DNA of 64,000 nucleotides from Schmidtea nova (Eukaryota): NCBI GenBank assembly GCA_044892505.1, contig CM097884.1, positions 60,202,001 to 60,266,000 of the forward strand, read 5' to 3'. Shown piece by piece: positions 1 to 10,493 of this stretch (position 1 is its first letter; each line of letters starts with the position of its first letter). The notes under the pieces were generated by a model. It saw only the letters and a program-made list of their open reading frames with translations, ran no database searches and was not told where the DNA came from. The position numbers and the translations under genes were made by a program.

Positions 1-210
1 CATCTGTTTTTGAATATATTCTATCTTACATTTGCTGTAAAACGGAAATAGATTATACACAAATGTAAAGTCCAACAACGCTACCTCCCAATTACCTTTC
101 AAATAGATTGGATTTTGAAGTTCAACAATAAAGTTACTGGCTTCATTATTTGGATGAATTAATGGGCAACTATTACTCGGTAAAATCATATAGAAATTAC
201 TTTTATTCAT
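1..210 (-). CDS. Maverick minor capsid (penton) protein, N-terminal 70 aa, truncated by the window edge; absent from the supplied ORF track
   Basis: Manual translation gives MNKSNFYMILPSNSCPLIHPNNEASNFIVELQNPIYLKGNWEVALLDFTF, matching the FYxxLPSNS...F...L...I.L.G.WEVAL pattern of Polinton pentons. Its ATG overlaps the integrase TGA (ATGA). Confidence 0.8.
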   Translation of the reverse strand, partial: MNKSNFYMILPSNSCPLIHPNNEASNFIVELQNPIYLKGNWEVALLDFTFVYNLFPFYSKCKIEYIQKQM

Positions 211-1229
211 TGTAACTGAGATTCTGATATCCAAGTAGGGTTTTGATAACCATGCCATTTGACGTGATATTGTTTATGTTTCCCTTTTCCTTTAGTCTTT
301 AGAATCTTTTCTATTCTAAATACTGTAGGTGGTGGAATAACCTGTAATTCTTGTTCATAGAATTTCCCATCAATTTCATTGTTGTCATAATCTTTAATGT
401 TATACATGACAGGACTCTGTTTTGTATTAATTTTTGAAATTTGAAATACTTCATCACTCCAATTTGAGTCAAAGTTTTTAATGAATGGTGAAGCACTAAT
501 TTTTGATATTCGCACATATTCTCCGATTTTATACTTTGGTTTCTTTACTTTGGGGTTTTTACGAGACAACCACAACTCTACTTGATTATCTGATGAAACA
601 TCAATTGGTCTCAATCCATTCAATCCACGATGTGGTGAATGATTATATGAATGTACAAGTTTTGGTAAAACATGTATCCATGTTTTATTACCTTGATGTA
701 CAAAATACTTTTTCAATTTATCACGTAATGTACGATTAAAACGTTCAACATGTGCTGCCTTGTACTGGGAATGAACAGTATAATGATTTACATGATTTTC
801 CTTTAGAACTTGTTTCACTTTACTGTTATAGAACTCTTTACCCAAATCTGTTTGTAAATTATCAGGATGACCATCATCAAATAACATGTTGATTGCTAAT
901 GATATTTCATTTGCAGATTTTGATTTTACTGGAATGGCTCTTGCAAACCGACTAAAAACATCAATGCATGTTAGAATATACTTGAAACCTTTGTTAATCT
1001 TTGAGTATGGAATCATTTCCATCAAATCTAATTGCCACAAATCATCAATTCCGAATGTTTTATAGGCTCTTGTAGGAAACCTTTTCAACATTGGTTTATT
1101 TAGACTGTATGCCAATTGGTTTGACAACCATGTTTGAGTCTCTTTCTTTGAGTTCAGAACTGCCTTCTTTAATTTTTTTACTCCGACGAAAGAGGCTGGA
1201 TCTTTCGGATTTGTCCAAATTTTCTCCAT
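207..1229 (-). CDS. int: Maverick retroviral-like (rve) integrase with C-terminal chromodomain-like region; likely start MEKIW at 1229
   Basis: N-terminal KIWTNPKDPASF, core motifs WQLDL, CIDVFSR, LQTDLGKEF and VERFNRTL, and C-terminal YHVKWHGY..PTW. Confidence 0.95.
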   Translation of the reverse strand: MEKIWTNPKDPASFVGVKKLKKAVLNSKKETQTWLSNQLAYSLNKPMLKRFPTRAYKTFGIDDLWQLDLMEMIPYSKINKGFKYILTCIDVFSRFARAIPVKSKSANEISLAINMLFDDGHPDNLQTDLGKEFYNSKVKQVLKENHVNHYTVHSQYKAAHVERFNRTLRDKLKKYFVHQGNKTWIHVLPKLVHSYNHSPHRGLNGLRPIDVSSDNQVELWLSRKNPKVKKPKYKIGEYVRISKISASPFIKNFDSNWSDEVFQISKINTKQSPVMYNIKDYDNNEIDGKFYEQELQVIPPPTVFRIEKILKTKGKGKHKQYHVKWHGYQNPTWISESQLQ

Positions 1230-1287
1230 TGCAACAATTTGATTTAAAATCAACCTTGAAATTAGGTAATGAAGGACTAGCACCCAT
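1096..1287 (-). CDS. Putative small N-myristoylated ORF overlapping the integrase 5' end
   Basis: ATG lies 3 nt after the upstream stop (TAA ACA ATG G). The product begins MGASPS (MGxxxS) and contains a CC pair. No homology recognised. Confidence 0.3.
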   Translation of the reverse strand: MGASPSLPNFKVDFKSNCCNGENLDKSERSSLFRRSKKIKEGSSELKERDSNMVVKPIGIQSK

Positions 1288-1290
1288 TGT

Positions 1291-1821
1291 TTATGTTTTC
1301 GGTTTACCTAATAAACCTGCTCCTCCCAATAATGATAATGCAAGCGGTATCAATGCAGCAATAAATCCTCCATGTTGTTTATACATTATCTTTCTCATTT
1401 GTTTCCTATTCTTGCTATTTACAAGAGATAAAAGAGATTTCTTGTGTTTTTTCAAAACTTGTTTCTTGGCATTGCTAATGTTCACCTTTCCATATACAAC
1501 TTTCATTATAATGTCAAGTAAGTCATCAATCACAAATGTAGGAAATGACTGTAAAATTGTCATTCTCGATTGTTTCGGTGCCTTTAACAATGATGTAAAA
1601 TACGGTAAGCTTCGAGGAACCTTCATTTGTTTAGATTTTTTGAACTCTATACGTTGTTTCCTAGCTATTCCGTACTCTTTTGGAGGTGTGTAACTTGTTT
1701 TTGGAGGAACTCTGTTTGAAATAATCTTCTTCTTCTTCTTCTTCTTTTGTTTTCTAATTAAATTCTTTAAATTAGTTTTCTTTGTAGGTTTGAGAACGAA
1801 TTTTTGAAACGACATTTTCAT
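1291..1821 (-). CDS. Basic virion core protein with adenovirus pX-like C-terminus
   Basis: Very Lys/Arg-rich 176 aa. The C-terminal QHGG/FIAALIPLALSLLGG resembles adenovirus pX (GG/FLPALIPIIAAAIG) and an adenain cleavage site. Confidence 0.7.
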   Translation of the reverse strand: MKMSFQKFVLKPTKKTNLKNLIRKQKKKKKKKIISNRVPPKTSYTPPKEYGIARKQRIEFKKSKQMKVPRSLPYFTSLLKAPKQSRMTILQSFPTFVIDDLLDIIMKVVYGKVNISNAKKQVLKKHKKSLLSLVNSKNRKQMRKIMYKQHGGFIAALIPLALSLLGGAGLLGKPKT

Positions 1822-1838
1822 AATTCATTTTTTTTTAT

Positions 1839-2462
1839 TCAGCTTTGTTTATATATAGTCGCACCATTCTTGTTAAATATATCAGTTCTGACTCGTAAAT
1901 CATCTGGACATTTCTGAGTAAAGTTTAGAAATAAATATCCATGAGGAACTTTGGTAGCATCTTGAAATGCTTCAAGTAGAAATTTTCTATTGTTTGGATA
2001 TGCTTGTCTTGCAAGAAAATCTATAACTGTTGCATCTCTTGGATTTTTAAAAATAACCAGATAATGTACATTCAAATTACGTGTTCTATGATTTCCACCT
2101 TGTTGGAAAAGATTCTGTGTTATGAATATAACTGTAACTCCAACATGTCTAGAAATCTTTGTAAATAAATTATTAAATTCTTTTTCTTTGTTGGCTTCTT
2201 GAAACAAATCATCAATTATGATAACGTCTCTCTTTTTTAATCTCTTTGTCCAATCTTTATCAAAACCCTTGATTATTTTCATTTTGACTTTACAAAATTC
2301 TGTTTGTGTCAAACCATTTTCAGATTCGGAACCTTGATGCCAATATATTTGATTGAATTTTTCAACAAATAAATTTGATTGCAACAGTTTACATACAAAA
2401 AGCGTTTTACCACTACCACTAGGTCCCACAATTTGGTAAACAGCATCATTTTGCAACTCCAT
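1839..2462 (-). CDS. Maverick DNA-packaging ATPase (A32/FtsK-like)
   Basis: Walker A GPSGSGKT, Walker B VIIIDD, then RH....IFITQNLF, HYLVIFKNPRD and HGYLFL. Confidence 0.93.
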   Translation of the reverse strand: MELQNDAVYQIVGPSGSGKTLFVCKLLQSNLFVEKFNQIYWHQGSESENGLTQTEFCKVKMKIIKGFDKDWTKRLKKRDVIIIDDLFQEANKEKEFNNLFTKISRHVGVTVIFITQNLFQQGGNHRTRNLNVHYLVIFKNPRDATVIDFLARQAYPNNRKFLLEAFQDATKVPHGYLFLNFTQKCPDDLRVRTDIFNKNGATIYKQS

Positions 2463-3475
2463 TTCAATATAATAATTTAAAACTTTGTTTATACATTATA
2501 CATACTTGTTGAATACATTGATGTAAAAATATTTTGAAAATAATTAAAATTAGTAAATGAAAATTGAAAATTTTGAAGATAAATAGTTTCATAAAAGTAA
2601 TGACTTGATTTTGTAGAATAGACGATTACGAGTTGAATGATGTAAAAATATGTTGAAAAATATTTATAAAACTTGTAAAAAAGTCAAAGTGCAAAATGTG
2701 CAAAACTGAAAAATCAATATTTACACAAAAATATATATACATTCTTGTAAAGAATTTATTTACGAGTCTAATGGTATATAATATTCACGAAAATAGTTTA
2801 GAGCACATATTAAAAACTAAAAGTGCAGTGTGTGAAAAAATAAAAATCAATAGTATTTTGCAAAGTTTTTATATCAGCTCAAAGCTCATTTGATTATGAG
2901 TCTAACGATGTAAAAATTATTTTGATATAATGTTTCTGTCACTGGGAAAAACAAACTATTTATAATCGATATTTTTACAAAATATTTTTGATCAAAAGAT
3001 GAGGCACATGTTTTAGAGTCTAATGATATGCATCATCTTGAAGTTGGTCAAGTAGTTTACTTGGATTTTTGAGTTTAATGGAGATCGATAATCGACTCGT
3101 AAACTCATTTCCATGAAAAAATTTTATGGTAATTTTTTTTTGAAGAAAAATCTTGAAAAATCTAGAAAAAATTAAATTTTTCAGACAAAAAATGTAACGG
3201 GGATAACCGGGCACACTGCCCCCATAAGTTGATGCAACAAAAGTCTCCTAAAAAACTGAGTAACCCTTTGAAAAACTCTGATTTCTGCACAAAAATGACA
3301 ATTTTGCACATTTTAGCACTTAGAAATCAATAGTTGCACTTTGAAATAATGTGCAGCACTTTTTAAAACATATTGGCACTTGAAAATATATAGTAGCACC
3401 TTTTAATAAAAAGTTATACGTAATTATTTGTTTGCACTTTATTTGCACTTTAAATTCAATATGAGTTTTACATGT

Positions 3476-4332
3476 ATTTTTAAACGAAACTTTGGAACGA
3501 GATTTCGATACATTGGGTTGACCAAAATGAAAGTATTTTGCAAATATAAAATGTGTCTCGTCATTGTCTACGACTTTTGTCTTGGAAGTTTTCTCACATC
3601 TAGCTTAGAAGTCGTATATTTCTTTAAACGAAACATTGGAACACAATTTTGGAACATAGGGTTATGAAAAATAAAAAGTCTCTTGAGCTAAAATGTGCGC
3701 CTCGATATGATCTACAACTTTTGTCTTGGAAGTTTTCTCTTACCTTTATTATTTCTCCTTCTGTGCTCATTTAAACAAAAAAAAATTTAAAAATCAATAT
3801 TCGACGATTAAAACAAAAATTTTTTTTACCCCCCCCCCCTCCCACCGGGGGGGGGGGGTAAAAAAATTTTTGTTTTAATCGGCGGTGCGCGATAACTCAT
3901 CCTGTGCTGGGGGGCTCACACGTGTTTTTAGGTGCCTTCTGCACATCCTATGAAAAAGTTTCCAAAACAAAAAATGTGCAGCTCATTGTGATCTACCCAA
4001 CAACGTTGAGAAAATTAAAAAAACTTTATTCTCACTGTGCTAAAATGTGAAAAAACTGAAAAAATCAATAATCGGTGACTTGGGCGCATCCAATGAAAAA
4101 GTTTTAGATATAGAAATGTGCAGCACATTGTGCACCACCATAATGCGTTGAGAAAATTTGAAAAAATCGATTTGCACTGTGCAAAAATGTGAAAAAACGA
4201 AAAATCAATAATCAAAAATTAAAACAAAAAATTACCCCCCCCTCCCCCCCGGGGGGGGGGGTTTGAATATTTTGTTTTAATCGGCGGTGCGCGATAACTC
4301 ATCCTGTGCTGGGGGGCTCACATCCCCCTACT
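3476..4332. repeat. Maverick subterminal/TIR repeat region
   Basis: Two ~140-bp tandem duplications (3476-3745 and 3950-4215), plus a duplicated module of a C-run/G-run palindrome followed by an identical ~50-bp box ending GGGGGGCTCACA (about 3810-3920 and 4215-4322). Confidence 0.8.
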
Positions 4333-5051
4333 AATAGAAAACCCTAAAAGTGTGAAAAGCTCGGATTAACCGAGAGACAGTTTAATTATCCCCGGGAAAA
4401 TTGATTTTAGAGGAAACCCGAAAACCCAGTTGATGGAAAAGTATACACTAATCAATTTTATAATTTTTAATGAATTGGATTGGGAAGTTGTCAAGCTTTA
4501 GAGGAACCTGCCAGACAACCTAATCAGATAAGAGGAATTCATTACGTTAAACAGTATAAAAAGGAGGGGAAAATTTTAAAGTTTGTCAGAGTAGTCAAAG
4601 ACAAAAGTTAGTTCAATTGAAATATTTGCAATATCAAATTTATTCTTTATAATGTAACAGAAAGGGAGATCTTCCTTTGGGAGACTTATCCCTTCGCATA
4701 CTCGGAAAAGCAGTGCGGAGAAAGAGTTGTTGAAATTGATTATTTGTTGTAATCAAAAATTGATTATATAAATTCAACAAATCAATTTCGAATATTTGTT
4801 GTAGAGTATCATACTTACTGTGATGGGTTTTTCTTGAATCAATCTAATGAGAAAACCAAGCAGTCAGACAAACAACACCAACTAATTGATAAATAATTGA
4901 TAAATAAATTGGTTTCTGAAAATGAAAGAAAAAAAACGAAGAAAATTTTTAAATCAATGTTTTCTTTTTATGAATTGTAATTAAAAGGTATAAAAATTAA
5001 TCGTTTCTTTTTTTATTTTTTTTAATATTGGGTTGATTGGCTAAAAACAAT

Positions 5052-5725
5052 ATGGAAGAAGATATTGCTTTTTTGGTTATGGAAATTGGTTATTTTATCT
5101 GCAAAGTATGATTTGCTAGAGATGATGCTCTACGAACTGTGTTTTCATCGATTACTTGTAGACCAAGATATCAAGGCGTTATGGATGACATGGGACAAAA
5201 TAATTATATTAGACAAATGGCTGAAAAATAATTATATGGGACAAAATAATTATATCAGTCTAGTAGAATTATTTTAATTTTGAAATACCCCATGGAAAAC
5301 TACATTGTGACAAATTGGAATGACGTGGAAAAGTTCTGGCATACTTTTACAATGACCTTGGAGTAGCTACAGAAGAATATCAAGTTTTGTTTACTGAAGC
5401 TAAGTTAAATACTAAATTGGACAATGACAAGATGATTCAAATCATGTTTAAAACTTTCAGCGCACCAGCCACGTTTGTTATCATTCAATCTATGTTATCC
5501 TTGTATGCTTTTGGAAGAACAATCAGTATCGTTTTGAATTCAAGAAATCTTACACGAATTTTACCCATCTACGAATGTCATACCTTACCTCAGGAAATTT
5601 TGAATTTGGCTCGAAGAAATTTTACCGATTACTTATTAAAGATATTGACTGAAAGATGTTACAGTTTTGCCAACACAGTCAAATATAAAATTTTTTCGAC
5701 ATGAAAAGAGGAAATTCACGTACAA
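5052..5725 (+). pseudogene. act: Degenerate actin pseudogene (N-terminal ~60%)
   Basis: Frameshifted translations match actin: MEEDIA..., [38 protein letters not shown]...KMIQIMFKTF, LSLYAFGRT, TDYLLKILTERCYSF. Confidence 0.9.
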
Positions 5726-7562
5726 TCAAGTAGTTTGTAAATAATTAGTGTTAGATAATGGAAATTTATTGGTTGGTTCTGAAGGTAAATTTATGCATAA
5801 AATAAGGAAAAAATTATCAGATAATCAATGTGAGGTGTTAATATAAACTTTAAAAATAAATTTAGGCGTTGGTGATTAAATGTCAATCCCCTACAATTAA
5901 TATTCAATCAGCAACGAATTTATTGAGATTATTTAATTAACTCATTAAATCATAGCCATTACGTCATTACTGTTTTTATATAAAGCATTTGATTTAGATT
6001 ATGATGCAGACTGATGATGAGGACTATGTCCTTGAAATATATTTATATTATTTGGCAATTTCGTGTTTTTATTAATAATAGGCCATCATTTTTCGATATT
6101 TAAATATTGATTATAAGATTATAAAATTTTAATTGATTTAAATAAATGACATTAAAATTTGAATATAAAATATTAAAAGTATTTTATTTCAATTCTAAAT
6201 AAAATTGAAAATATAAAATTTAATCAATATCTTGAATTGGAGAATGTTTGAATCAAATTATCGACGCCATAAAAAATATTCAAATAATATTATTGACTAA
6301 TATTGTTTGAATTAAATTTTTTGAAATTAAATATCATTATTATTAAAATCTAATTATGACTTGAGAAGAAAACGAGTAAAATGTATATCCTAATCGGAAT
6401 ATTGGTACCTGAAAGACTTACCAGATGAGACAATGTCGAAAACTCTATCAAGCAATGCTAAAGATTTTTCAAAATGGCGAAATTCCCATAAATATGCAAC
6501 CAAGTCTTGTTATCACAATGATGGATAACTAATTTAGTGAGGAATTTGAAACAGCTGACGGAAAAAAACTAAGAGCAGCATTTAAAAAACAACGTCTATT
6601 GGCGATCTCATAGAAGTCTTAGAGAAAGGACCATAGTGAGAGGGGATCATATGATAATGTATAATAGGATGAAAGGATTAATTTTTGTCAGAAAGATCAC
6701 CTATGCATATAGCTTGTAATACGGGTCGATTTGAATTTGCATAAAACGAAATTTTTTAATATTGACTTCCTAGTTCTTGTTGGATATTTTCATTCTACTG
6801 AATTCTGATTTAATATAAACTAGATTGTTCTAAGGCGCCAAGGCGCCCCCTTAGTCAATTTTCACTTTGGCAGTTTCATTTTTTAGTATTAAATAATTGA
6901 AAAAAAATGTTTTTTCAAAGTTGTTACTTTTTAACTTAGAATTTTATTCAACTTATTATGATTGGCCTAAAGAAGTTCATTGTACACAATGTTTCGTGTG
7001 AATACACGATCGTCACCTAACAAATGTCCATCTTCAATCTTGATTTTGACATTTTTTTGCGTTTCTTGATCTTGATTCTGTATATCCAAGATCAATATGG
7101 TCATAAACTCTTTTGAAAAATCCCCAAAAAGAAAAATGTGGAAAACATTGAATAAAAAAAGTAAGCGTTCCGGAATCACAGATAAATAAATAAACAGATA
7201 ATGTTGGGTAAATATTATATACATCATTGAAACAAATTAAGATTTATTCTCGAGATAGATTAAATAAAAGTTAAAACTTTTCAAAATTTATTTTACATAT
7301 TAAAATTTTATTTATTAATTTTTAATAATAAGTGCATTTTTGAAATTTAAAAACAACTTCTAAATAAAAAAAATTAAAATCATTTTTTAATAACAGATCT
7401 TTTTTTATAAATTTCTAAACCTATGTGGAGATCCCTTTTATAATCTTACATACATCAGTCGGTACTTCTCAAGGCGAATCTCAGCAATTTCATTCATTAT
7501 GCACTTATTACTCCACACTAATATCGTCAATAATGATTCGACTATTTTGGAAATTTCATACG

Positions 7563-7835
7563 GATACATATCTTGGTAGTAGTAGCAATTAATCAAGTGA
7601 GCTCCTTGATGACTGAAGTGGAGAAGGGTTCCATGTGAACAGTAATTGAACATTTGTTAGTCGATCCTAAGCGAACTGGTAACTCAGTTATCAGGTGAAG
7701 GCGATAGACATTAGCAATAGTGTTTATGTTCGACTCATTTGCCTTCTGAAGCGAAAGGGAATCAGTTTAATAATACTGAACTTGAAATGGAAATTTCGTT
7801 GTTTCGGCTACACAAGGTGGTAACACAAGCGATCA
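7563..7835 (+). rRNA. Isolated 28S rRNA fragment (dispersed pseudogene)
   Basis: Contains ATCTTGGTAGTAGTAGCAA, GAAGTGGAGAAGGGTTCCATGTGAACAG and CGAAAGGGAATC, all conserved LSU segments. No neighbouring rDNA. Confidence 0.85.
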
Positions 7836-8034
7836 AAAGCAAAATACAAGCAAATAAGAACAATTTTGCATTTCTTGTGCCAAAACACTTAGCAGGTACC
7901 CGAAACGTTTCAGTTGATTAATAATTTAATATTGAATTAAATTTCCGCAGTGATTTTTAAAAAACAATTTCCCTGGAGGCAGGCATGTAAATAAATATCC
8001 TATATTGATGCCGGAATTGAATTGCCATTAGCTA

Positions 8035-8462
8035 TTAAATAAAAGTACATCTCACTTTCATAATAATCTTTTCAATAATATCAAAATCGATGTTGCGTTT
8101 ATAACTCAAACAAAATAAGCTCAATCCCATTTGTGGACGAATTATTTGGCCATATGCATCTTGTATAACGCAACCATTGTCTCGGTCGTATTTCTTCACT
8201 AAATATTTTGAATTCTCAAGTAATTGCCATCCTTCACAATCTTTCCAGAGTGGATATGTACAGAAGAAATATGATTTTGTTCCAGATTTCAGTGCAGAAA
8301 TGACCTTATTTGACGCATCCTCTAACACCGCATTAATAAACGGAGGATTAATTGACCAACCCCCAGGGTAATCTGCCAAATTTATGTCGAAAAAATTTCC
8401 AAGGCTACCAAATTGAGAATCGATTTCTGGGAATAAACTACAGAATCGGCAATTTTGTAAAG
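8035..8462 (-). CDS. PCIF1: PCIF1/CAPAM-like m6A methyltransferase, exon 2 (catalytic NPPF)
   Basis: Acceptor TTTAAG| at 8463. The in-frame extension reads LQNCRFCSLFPEIDSQFGSLGNFFDINLADYPGGWSINPPF, compared with PCIF1 YCSAFPDTDGYFGSRG...GSFEANPPF. Confidence 0.8.
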
Positions 8463-8719
8463 CTTAAATAATAAATCAAATAAATTTTTTTTAAAGAGGA
8501 TTGATTTTAAAAATTTTTATTTGTAATAAATTAAAATTTTCATTAATTTAGATTAGTCATGACGAGATAGCGACTTGTGTATCATTTACAGCACATTGTA
8601 CTTTATTTCACAGTACTGGACAAAACTGCGGATAATCTCTTATTTAAAAAAAATAAAAGTTTTAATTAAAATATTTTCCCAAATCAATTTTAGTTACCTA
8701 ATCATATACTTAGGTTTAA

Positions 8720-9192
8720 CCCTTTGACGACGAATTTGAAAAATTAAATTTCTGTAACTTTAACGATAGTAATGTTGATTTAAAATTTTTTCTATGCCGC
8801 AAATTTGAAATTTGAGTGCGGGACATATATGTCCCACTAACTAAATGTAAGGCAAAAACTATTATTGCATGCAGTTTTATGAAAAAAATATAAACATATA
8901 CAAAAAAAATAAATGTGCTTACCTTTTGATATAAATACTTCCAAAATAAACAATAATGTAGGTATTATAACCACTATTTCACAAAGCATATGCTGTAAAC
9001 TGTGACAACGAATGAAATAAAATGTTACGTTTGCTAGCCGGCAGAAAGTATATTAACGAGTATAGACGAAACTAGTCGAAAATACTATAAACACGAGTGG
9101 GACAAGCGTTGGATGTAATAGCACAGAGAATATCGCATCTACATTTTTTTAAATTTGACTGGGACATATATGTCCCGACAGTGGTCAAAGGG
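8720..9192. mobile_element. piggyBac-type MITE
   Basis: TTAA|CCCTTTGAC ... GTCAAAGGG|TTAA, with two internal copies of the palindrome GGGACATATATGTCCC. Confidence 0.8.
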
Positions 9193-10022
9193 TTAACAAA
9201 ATGTATTTTCTATGTATTTATATGATATCAGACTATAGTATGAAGAAATTTTGTGAGGATGTTTAAAATATTACGTCATAATCAGAATTGAATGTTAAAA
9301 CTATTTTATTAAGAATTTAAAAACATAACAAACTTTTAATATTACGCTGTAAAAATTATATTCAAACATGATATTATTTTTTTAATTTTTACTTTCCAGA
9401 CGAGTTGTCCCACATCCATGAAGTGGAATGTTACAAATTCAAAATTTTCCGTTTTCTCGAGAGTGAATTTAACCTGCGAAAAGCGTCTCTTAGAATATGG
9501 AGACACTCAAGATGTTTTAACACACTCAATAACTTGTTTAGCCTTAACGGAAAATCTCAAATATTTTATAACTTTTAACCAGACTGTATATCACATTGCA
9601 TTGTATTCATACAAGTAATGCCGGCTGGTTAAGTGTAAATTAAAATTTTCTTGACATATTAATCAGTTATTTTTGAAAAAGAAAATCTGCGTTTCTGACG
9701 GACACGATAGTAATCTGCCAAGTTGGAGTAAAGTAATAAAATTCTATAATTATTTGTTTATAGATATCACCAAAAAAGGTGAGATTGTTCATGTGAATTA
9801 TAAATATAAATAAATTTAGTAAAAATTGCTAGTTGTACTTATCAGAGTGCGTAATTACTCGTAAACTCTCCGGTTCAATTTAGGGTGGGATCGAGTTTAT
9901 AAAATGGTTTCTTAAAAGAGTAACATAAGCTTGAAACAAGTCTGCCACTAGAAATTAAATCGAATATCAGATTTCAATGCATTTTAATCAAGTCAGTCAG
10001 TTCTCTCAGATATATTCAAAAA

Positions 10023-10413
10023 TTGGCACAGAATTTCAACACAGAATCGTTTATTCAATTCATTGAAAACAAGCTTATACCATACTTTAGATCTCAGCCG
10101 AATAAGAATCTAATTATGGATAATGCAAAAGTCCACAAATCAATTTCTGTTCAAGAACTTTTTAGGCAAAATAGAATTGTGTGTAAGTTATTGGTTCCAT
10201 ACTCATCAGAACTTAAACCCGATTGAAGAATTTTTTTCAATGATAAAAAATAAATATCATGTGGAAAAAATTCTAAATTCTAATGCATCTATTGAAGGAT
10301 ACTTAGAGAATATTTTGGCGCCAGAAAATAATTATTCTTTACAGTGTCAAGGTTTTTACAGAAATATGAGACAGTGGCTTGAAAAAGCACAACAAAAAGA
10401 GCCGTTTATCTAA
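10023..10413 (+). pseudogene. Tc1/IS630-like DD34E transposase, C-terminal fragment with a 1-bp frameshift
   Basis: LIMDNAKVHKS...LVPYSSEL/NPIEEFFSMIK, with 34 residues between D and E. Confidence 0.85.
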
Positions 10414-10493
10414 TTAAAAGTATCATTTAAAGTTTTTATTTTTATTTTTAGTGTTAAAAATTCGTTCATTAAAAATATAAATTTCATATCTAT

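Larger units (their letters stand above)
1..4332 (-). mobile_element. Maverick/Polinton (adintovirus-like) element, one end; continues beyond the window start
   Basis: Co-oriented ATPase, basic pX-like ORF, retroviral-type integrase and penton start. The noncoding end terminates in ...CCCCCTACT, which reads 5'-AGTAGGGGG on the minus strand and resembles the AGT-type Polinton terminus. The other TIR is not visible. Confidence 0.9.

Noticed and set aside
311-1693. ORFs 311-517, 503-739 and 1091-1693
   Set aside because: Alternative-frame or antisense shadows of the integrase and pX-like genes, with no motifs.
4340-4430. Possible rRNA-like sequence after the Maverick end
   Set aside because: No conserved rRNA block could be matched.
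6967-7653. Exon-like minus-strand ORFs 6967-7227 and 7438-7653
   Set aside because: No recognisable family and no consistent splice phase found; the second overlaps the 28S fragment.
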